Positions 59,288 through 64,000 of a stretch of 64,000 nt of DNA are shown piece by piece. Source of the stretch: an uncultured Eubacteriaceae bacterium (lineage in GTDB: Bacteria > Bacillota > Clostridia > Eubacteriales > UBA1433); assembly GCA_964581565.1 (NCBI GenBank), contig CAZOOZ010000008.1, positions 27,552 to 91,551 of the forward strand, read 5' to 3'. Within the stretch, counting starts at the first letter, position 1. Every line of letters begins with the position of its first letter. Under the pieces are notes generated by a model, which was given only the letters and a program-made list of their open reading frames with translations, was not told the origin of the DNA and made no database searches. Position numbers and translations under genes: made by a program.

Positions 59288-60166
59288 ATGGACAAAATTA
59301 TCAGAGGACAATTGGCGCATTACCCGGTCAGGTTTTTTTGCGCCACTACATCATCAAGTGTTGAACAAATGCGATGCATTCATAATTCCACGGCGACAGC
59401 AACGGCTGCGGTAGGAAGACTTCTGACAGCGGCAATGATGATGGGCGTGATGATGAAAAATGAAAAAGACAGGCTTACATTAATTATAAATGGAAGCGGT
59501 CCTATAGAACAAATAACGGTAACAACCAATAATCGTGCGCAGGGCAAATGCGATATATGTTATCCCGATATCGATGTATTTGTCAACGAAACCGGCAAGC
59601 TTGATGTGGGCAGGGCAATTGGAGCAGGCACGCTTACGGTCATTAAAGATATTGGGCTGAGGACACCTTACAACAGTACAGTAGAATTGATCAGTTCCGA
59701 GATAGCGGAAGACATTGCTTATTATTATGCGGCGAGTGAACAAATCCCGACTGTTTGTTCACTTGGGGTATTGGTGCAACCCGATAACAGCGTTTTATGT
59801 GCAGGGGGATTCATGATTCAAGTGATGCCGACTTGTCCCGAAGAAGTGATAGATTACTTGGAAAATATTATAAAGGAATTACCGAGCATTACGACAATGC
59901 TGAAAAATAATATGACGGAGATAGATATCATCAATACGATATTTAAAAAAGACGGATATGATTATAAGATCGAGGAAAGTATTGCCCCGGAGTATTATTG
60001 CGACTGTAGTTATGAAAAGATAGAACGAATATTAAAATCTTTAGGTAGGCAAGAGTTGGAAAATATCCTAAAAGAACAGCAAGAAATAGAATTAAAATGT
60101 CATTTCTGCAATAAAAAGTATTATTTCAATGCTGAAAAAATCTATCAGTTATTGAAAATAGATTAA
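59288..60166 (+). CDS. hslO: Hsp33 redox-regulated chaperone
   Basis: GRLLTA, SEQIPT, AGGFMIQ, CDCS...CHFC. Confidence 0.93.
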   Translation: MDKIIRGQLAHYPVRFFCATTSSSVEQMRCIHNSTATATAAVGRLLTAAMMMGVMMKNEKDRLTLIINGSGPIEQITVTTNNRAQGKCDICYPDIDVFVNETGKLDVGRAIGAGTLTVIKDIGLRTPYNSTVELISSEIAEDIAYYYAASEQIPTVCSLGVLVQPDNSVLCAGGFMIQVMPTCPEEVIDYLENIIKELPSITTMLKNNMTEIDIINTIFKKDGYDYKIEESIAPEYYCDCSYEKIERILKSLGRQELENILKEQQEIELKCHFCNKKYYFNAEKIYQLLKID

Positions 60167-60259
60167 ATTATAATACATTCACTATAAAAAAGGAATTTTA
60201 TATGATAAAATAAAAAAATTCTGCATTAAAAAGACAGCTATCCAACAGGAGGAGAAAGA

Positions 60260-61327
60260 GTGTTTGGGAAATTAGATTTCATTTTAGATAAATATGAACA
60301 ATTAAATCAGCAGTTGAGCGATGCAACGATCATATCTGAACAGAATAAATACAGGGAACTCGTAAAAGAACATGCAAAATTAGAACCTATCGTTTTTAAA
60401 TATAAAGAATATAAAAAAACACAGGAAGATTTGCAAAGCAATAAAGAGCTTTTAGGCGATAAAATAGATAAAGATTTTAAGAGAATGGTTGAAGAAGATA
60501 TTGATCTGCTTAGCGCTGAGCTTGAAAAATTAGGAGAAGAATTAAAAATCTTGTTACTGCCAAAAGATCCCAATGATGATAAAGATGTCATAATCGAAAT
60601 ACGTGCAGGCACCGGCGGAGATGAGGCAGCCCTGTTCGCAGGGGATCTGCTTAGAATGTATATAAGGTATGCCGAAAGATCACGTTTCAAAACAGAACTA
60701 TTAAGCACGAATCCAATAGGGGTAGGAGGATATAAAGAAGTTATTTTATCACTCCAAGGCAGCGGTGCATACAGTAAGCTAAAATATGAGAGCGGTGTAC
60801 ATCGAGTTCAGAGAATTCCGCTAACGGAATCTCAGGGCCGCATTCATACATCGGCAGCCACCGTGGCAGTGCTTCCGGAAGCTGAGGATGTGGAAGTAAA
60901 CATCAACCAAAATGATTTAAGAGTGGATGTCTTCCGTTCCGGAGGTCATGGAGGGCAAAGCGTCAACACGACTGATTCCGCAGTGCGCATCACGCATTTG
61001 CCGACCGGAATCGTTGTAACTTGTCAGGATGAAAAATCTCAGCTTAAAAATAAGGAGAAAGCGATGAAAGTGCTTAAAGCCCGTATTTATGAAGCAGAGT
61101 TGAAAAAACATCAGGATGAACTGGCGCAAAACAGAAAAAGTCAGGTAGGAAGTGGAGATCGAAGCGAAAGAATACGAACTTACAATTTCCCGCAAGGCAG
61201 AGTTACGGATCATAGAATCGGTCTTACATTATATAAACTGGAAGCATTTTTAGACGGAGAAATCGATGAAATGATTGATGCTTTGCATATGGCAGAGCAG
61301 GCAGAACAGCTTAAGAACAATAATTAA
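60260..61327 (+). CDS. prfA: Peptide chain release factor 1
   Basis: [11 protein letters not shown] (PxT), GGQ, RTYNFPQ. Confidence 0.96.
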   Translation: MFGKLDFILDKYEQLNQQLSDATIISEQNKYRELVKEHAKLEPIVFKYKEYKKTQEDLQSNKELLGDKIDKDFKRMVEEDIDLLSAELEKLGEELKILLLPKDPNDDKDVIIEIRAGTGGDEAALFAGDLLRMYIRYAERSRFKTELLSTNPIGVGGYKEVILSLQGSGAYSKLKYESGVHRVQRIPLTESQGRIHTSAATVAVLPEAEDVEVNINQNDLRVDVFRSGGHGGQSVNTTDSAVRITHLPTGIVVTCQDEKSQLKNKEKAMKVLKARIYEAELKKHQDELAQNRKSQVGSGDRSERIRTYNFPQGRVTDHRIGLTLYKLEAFLDGEIDEMIDALHMAEQAEQLKNNN

Positions 61328-61335
61328 GGGGAAAA

Positions 61336-62340
61336 ATGAAATATTTTGACATACAAAAAGAAAATAATTTTGACGAAGCATTAAACTATGCGGCAACAAT
61401 AATCAGGCAAGGCGGAATCGTGGCTTTCCCGACCGAGACGGTATATGGCTTGGGTGCAGATGTTCAAAATAAAGAGGCAGTAGAAAAAATTTATGCTGCC
61501 AAAGGAAGGCAAAGCGATAACCCGCTGATTGTGCATATTGCAGATAAGAGTGATCTGTCGAAAATTGCAAAAAATATACCCGGTTGGGTGTTTGTATTGA
61601 CTGAAAAATATTGGCCGGGACCACTGAGTATTGTTCTTGAAAAAAAAGAACTTATTCCAAAGACGGTGACGGCAGGTTTAAATAGTGTTGCTATTCGAAT
61701 GCCGGATAACAGGATAGCATCAGAGCTTATAAGGAGAAGCGGCTGTTATATTGCGGCCCCGAGTGCGAATAAATCAGGGCGTCCGAGCCCGACCAAAGCA
61801 GAGCATGTGTTAATTGATTTGCATGACAAAATAGATGTGATTTTAGGCTATGACAATATTTCCATAGGTCTTGAATCAACAGTAATCGATGCGAGAGGTT
61901 CATACCCCGTTATCCTTCGCCCCGGAGCAATAACGCTTGAGATGCTTAAAGACGCTGTAGGAAATGCCGATCTAATAAAAAATACGAAATCCGGTGCGGT
62001 GCTTTCACCGGGGATGAAATATACACACTATAAACCAAAAGCTAAAGTGCTAATAGTGGATGGCGCCATGAATGAAATGGCGGAAAAGATAAATAAACTC
62101 TATGATACCAATAAAAATATTGCGTTATTTTTATCCGAAGAATTGGCAAATAAAGTTGTCGTGAAAAACAAAATCATTTTTCAGAATGCTTTCATGGCGG
62201 CAAAGCTTTTCTATGCTTCACTGAGAAAATTTGATCAGCAGAATGTGGAGATTATTGTATGTCAGGCATTTGGTGAAAATGGTATTGAGATGGCTATTAT
62301 GAATCGTTTAAGAAAAGCAGCAGGCAATCAATATCTATAA
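61336..62340 (+). CDS. sua5: Sua5 L-threonylcarbamoyladenylate synthase
   Basis: FPTETVYGLG, KGRQSDNPLIVH, APSANKSG, PGMKYTHY, NRLRKAA. Confidence 0.93.
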   Translation: MKYFDIQKENNFDEALNYAATIIRQGGIVAFPTETVYGLGADVQNKEAVEKIYAAKGRQSDNPLIVHIADKSDLSKIAKNIPGWVFVLTEKYWPGPLSIVLEKKELIPKTVTAGLNSVAIRMPDNRIASELIRRSGCYIAAPSANKSGRPSPTKAEHVLIDLHDKIDVILGYDNISIGLESTVIDARGSYPVILRPGAITLEMLKDAVGNADLIKNTKSGAVLSPGMKYTHYKPKAKVLIVDGAMNEMAEKINKLYDTNKNIALFLSEELANKVVVKNKIIFQNAFMAAKLFYASLRKFDQQNVEIIVCQAFGENGIEMAIMNRLRKAAGNQYL

Positions 62341-62367
62341 CAGATGTTTAAAATTATGAGGAGAAAT

Positions 62368-62829
62368 ATGAAAAAAATTCTGTTTGTTTGTACAGGAAAT
62401 ACATGTAGAAGCCCAATGGCTGAATATTTGTTCAATGTAAAAGTAATACAAAAAGGGCTTGCTAAGAAGTATAAAGCGGTCTCTGCCGGGATTTCAGCCT
62501 TTGATGGTGTAGCCGCTACAACTCAGGCACAGCAAGTGATGAGGAGCAAAAGTATCGATATCAGAGAGCATAAGGCAACGCAGCTTGATGACGAAGATAT
62601 GAAAAGCAGTTCCCTGGTGCTTTGCATGACAAGCCGGCATGCGCAGATTCTTAGAAAATATTATCCCGAGTATGCCGATAAGGTCTTTTCTGTTTCTGAG
62701 TATTTAAATCAACCTTATGATATAGACGATCCATATGGCCTTGGTATAGCCGAATATGAAAAAACAGCTTCTCAATTGGAAAGCCTCATAGAGAAAATTA
62801 TAAATAAATTAGAAGTGGAGCGATATTGA
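62368..62829 (+). CDS. Low-molecular-weight protein (Arg/Tyr) phosphatase, YwlE-like
   Basis: FVCTGNTCRSPMAE, DIDDPYG. Confidence 0.9.
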   Translation: MKKILFVCTGNTCRSPMAEYLFNVKVIQKGLAKKYKAVSAGISAFDGVAATTQAQQVMRSKSIDIREHKATQLDDEDMKSSSLVLCMTSRHAQILRKYYPEYADKVFSVSEYLNQPYDIDDPYGLGIAEYEKTASQLESLIEKIINKLEVERY

Positions 62830-62830
62830 A

Positions 62831-63277
62831 ATGAAGATAGCAGTTGGCAGTGATCACGCGGGATATGAATTAAAAGAAGCAATAAAAAATGATTTGACGA
62901 AAAAAGGATATACGGTTAAGGATTTTGGAACATATTCGTCGGAAAGTGTAGATTACCCCGACTACGGCATTCAAGCAAGCGAAGCGGTGGCAAGTGGCGA
63001 ATATCAATGCGCTATAGTTATTTGCGGAAGCGGCATCGGAATTTCTATTGCTGCAAATAAAGTGAAAGGTATCAGAGCGGCGCTGGTTTGCGATATTGAA
63101 CGCGCAAAGCTTGCAAGAATGCATAACAATGCCAATGTACTGGCTTTGGGCGCGCGGTTTACGCCTTTTGATACAGCGAGAGAAGTCGTAGATATATTTT
63201 TAAATACGCCGTTTGAAGGACAAAGGCATGAAAAAAGAGTCGAAAAAATTGATAGTTATGAAAAAAACAGGAAGTAG
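62831..63277 (+). CDS. rpiB: Ribose-5-phosphate isomerase B
   Basis: GSDHAG, DYPDY, CGSGIG, ANKVKGIR, HNNAN. Confidence 0.94.
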   Translation: MKIAVGSDHAGYELKEAIKNDLTKKGYTVKDFGTYSSESVDYPDYGIQASEAVASGEYQCAIVICGSGIGISIAANKVKGIRAALVCDIERAKLARMHNNANVLALGARFTPFDTAREVVDIFLNTPFEGQRHEKRVEKIDSYEKNRK

Positions 63278-63321
63278 TGATTATTTGCTTGAAAATATAA
63301 TAAAAAAATGAGAGGTATTTT

Positions 63322-63789
63322 ATGAACCAAACAACACAGCAAGAAAACAGACCGAGCTGGGATGACTATTTTATGAGCATACTCGATACAGTGAAAGAGC
63401 GTTCTACATGCCTTCGAAGAAAAGTGGGAGCAATCATAGTAAAAGACAAGCGAATTATAGCTACAGGCTATAATGGTGCGCCGAGCGGACTGAAACATTG
63501 TTATGAAGTAGGCTGCCTTAGAGAGCAATTAAATATTCCGAGCGGCCAGAATCATGAACTGTGCAGAGGTATCCATGCAGAACAGAATGCAATCATTCAA
63601 GCTGCGATGTATGGGGTAAGCATCAATGAAGCAACGATCTACATAACTCATAACCCTTGCGTGCAATGTGCCAAGATGATTATCAACGCAGGTATCAAAA
63701 GAGTTGTATTCTGCGGGGAGTATCCGGATATGTTATCAAAACAATTACTGGAAGAAGCAGGAATAGTATTGGATAAATATAATAAATAA
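63322..63789 (+). CDS. dCMP deaminase (ComEB-like)
   Basis: [24 protein letters not shown]. Confidence 0.92.
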   Translation: MNQTTQQENRPSWDDYFMSILDTVKERSTCLRRKVGAIIVKDKRIIATGYNGAPSGLKHCYEVGCLREQLNIPSGQNHELCRGIHAEQNAIIQAAMYGVSINEATIYITHNPCVQCAKMIINAGIKRVVFCGEYPDMLSKQLLEEAGIVLDKYNK

Positions 63790-63957
63790 TTACAAATTCC
63801 AATATTTTATGATTAAAATATAATGATTTTTACTTAATTCTAAAATTGAGAAAAATTTCACAATATTCTTTGACAAGCATAATAAAGTATGTTAAAATGC
63901 AAATTGCAGATTTATAACCTAAATCTATAGAAAACATTTAAAAAGGCGGTAATACTC

Positions 63958-64000
63958 ATGAACTTTGACGCAATTAAAACCATTTCCCAGGCCGAAAGCC
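63958..64000 (+). CDS. Start of an ORF truncated by the window edge
   Basis: AAGGCGG RBS then MNFDAIKTISQAES; product not assignable. Confidence 0.45.
   Translation, partial: MNFDAIKTISQAES

Noticed and set aside
60166-63789. Absence of prmC and upp from the prfA-sua5-rpiB block
   Set aside because: Ordinary gene-order variation; they may lie outside the window

Overview
AT-rich Clostridia-type (Bacillota) chromosome segment. Housekeeping blocks sit at both ends: argB-argD, murC, spoVG-glmU-prs and arcA-arcB on the left; tRNA-Leu, rsmA, yabM-yabN-hup, htrA, degV and hslO-prfA-sua5-ptp-rpiB-dCMP deaminase on the right. Between them lies a long accessory region (~9.5-51 kb) with a SAM-I riboswitch-metY unit, hcpR-hcp, SOD, a flavodiiron protein, ABC transporters and many small genes. 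Best leads: (1) a FadR-linked operon of two tandem [CrtI/RetSat-like flavoprotein + FNR-2Fe2S reductase] pairs, a candidate lipid C=C reduction system; (2) a low-GC standalone Ser/Thr kinase ending in an SSB-type tail (DDDLPF); (3) an integrase-less, cassette-like array next to tRNA-Leu, with repeated element ends, inverted GTTT-core motifs bracketing single genes and a 10-bp copy of the tRNA 3' end; (4) two unannotated paralogous ~50-aa proteins, each divergent from a different DNA-binding protein; (5) a three-site AGTTAG-N6-CTAACT regulon; (6) an OLD-type ATPase/TOPRIM nuclease wedged between a degenerate CCA-like HD protein and rsmA. All calls come from motif reading by eye; no database searches were run.
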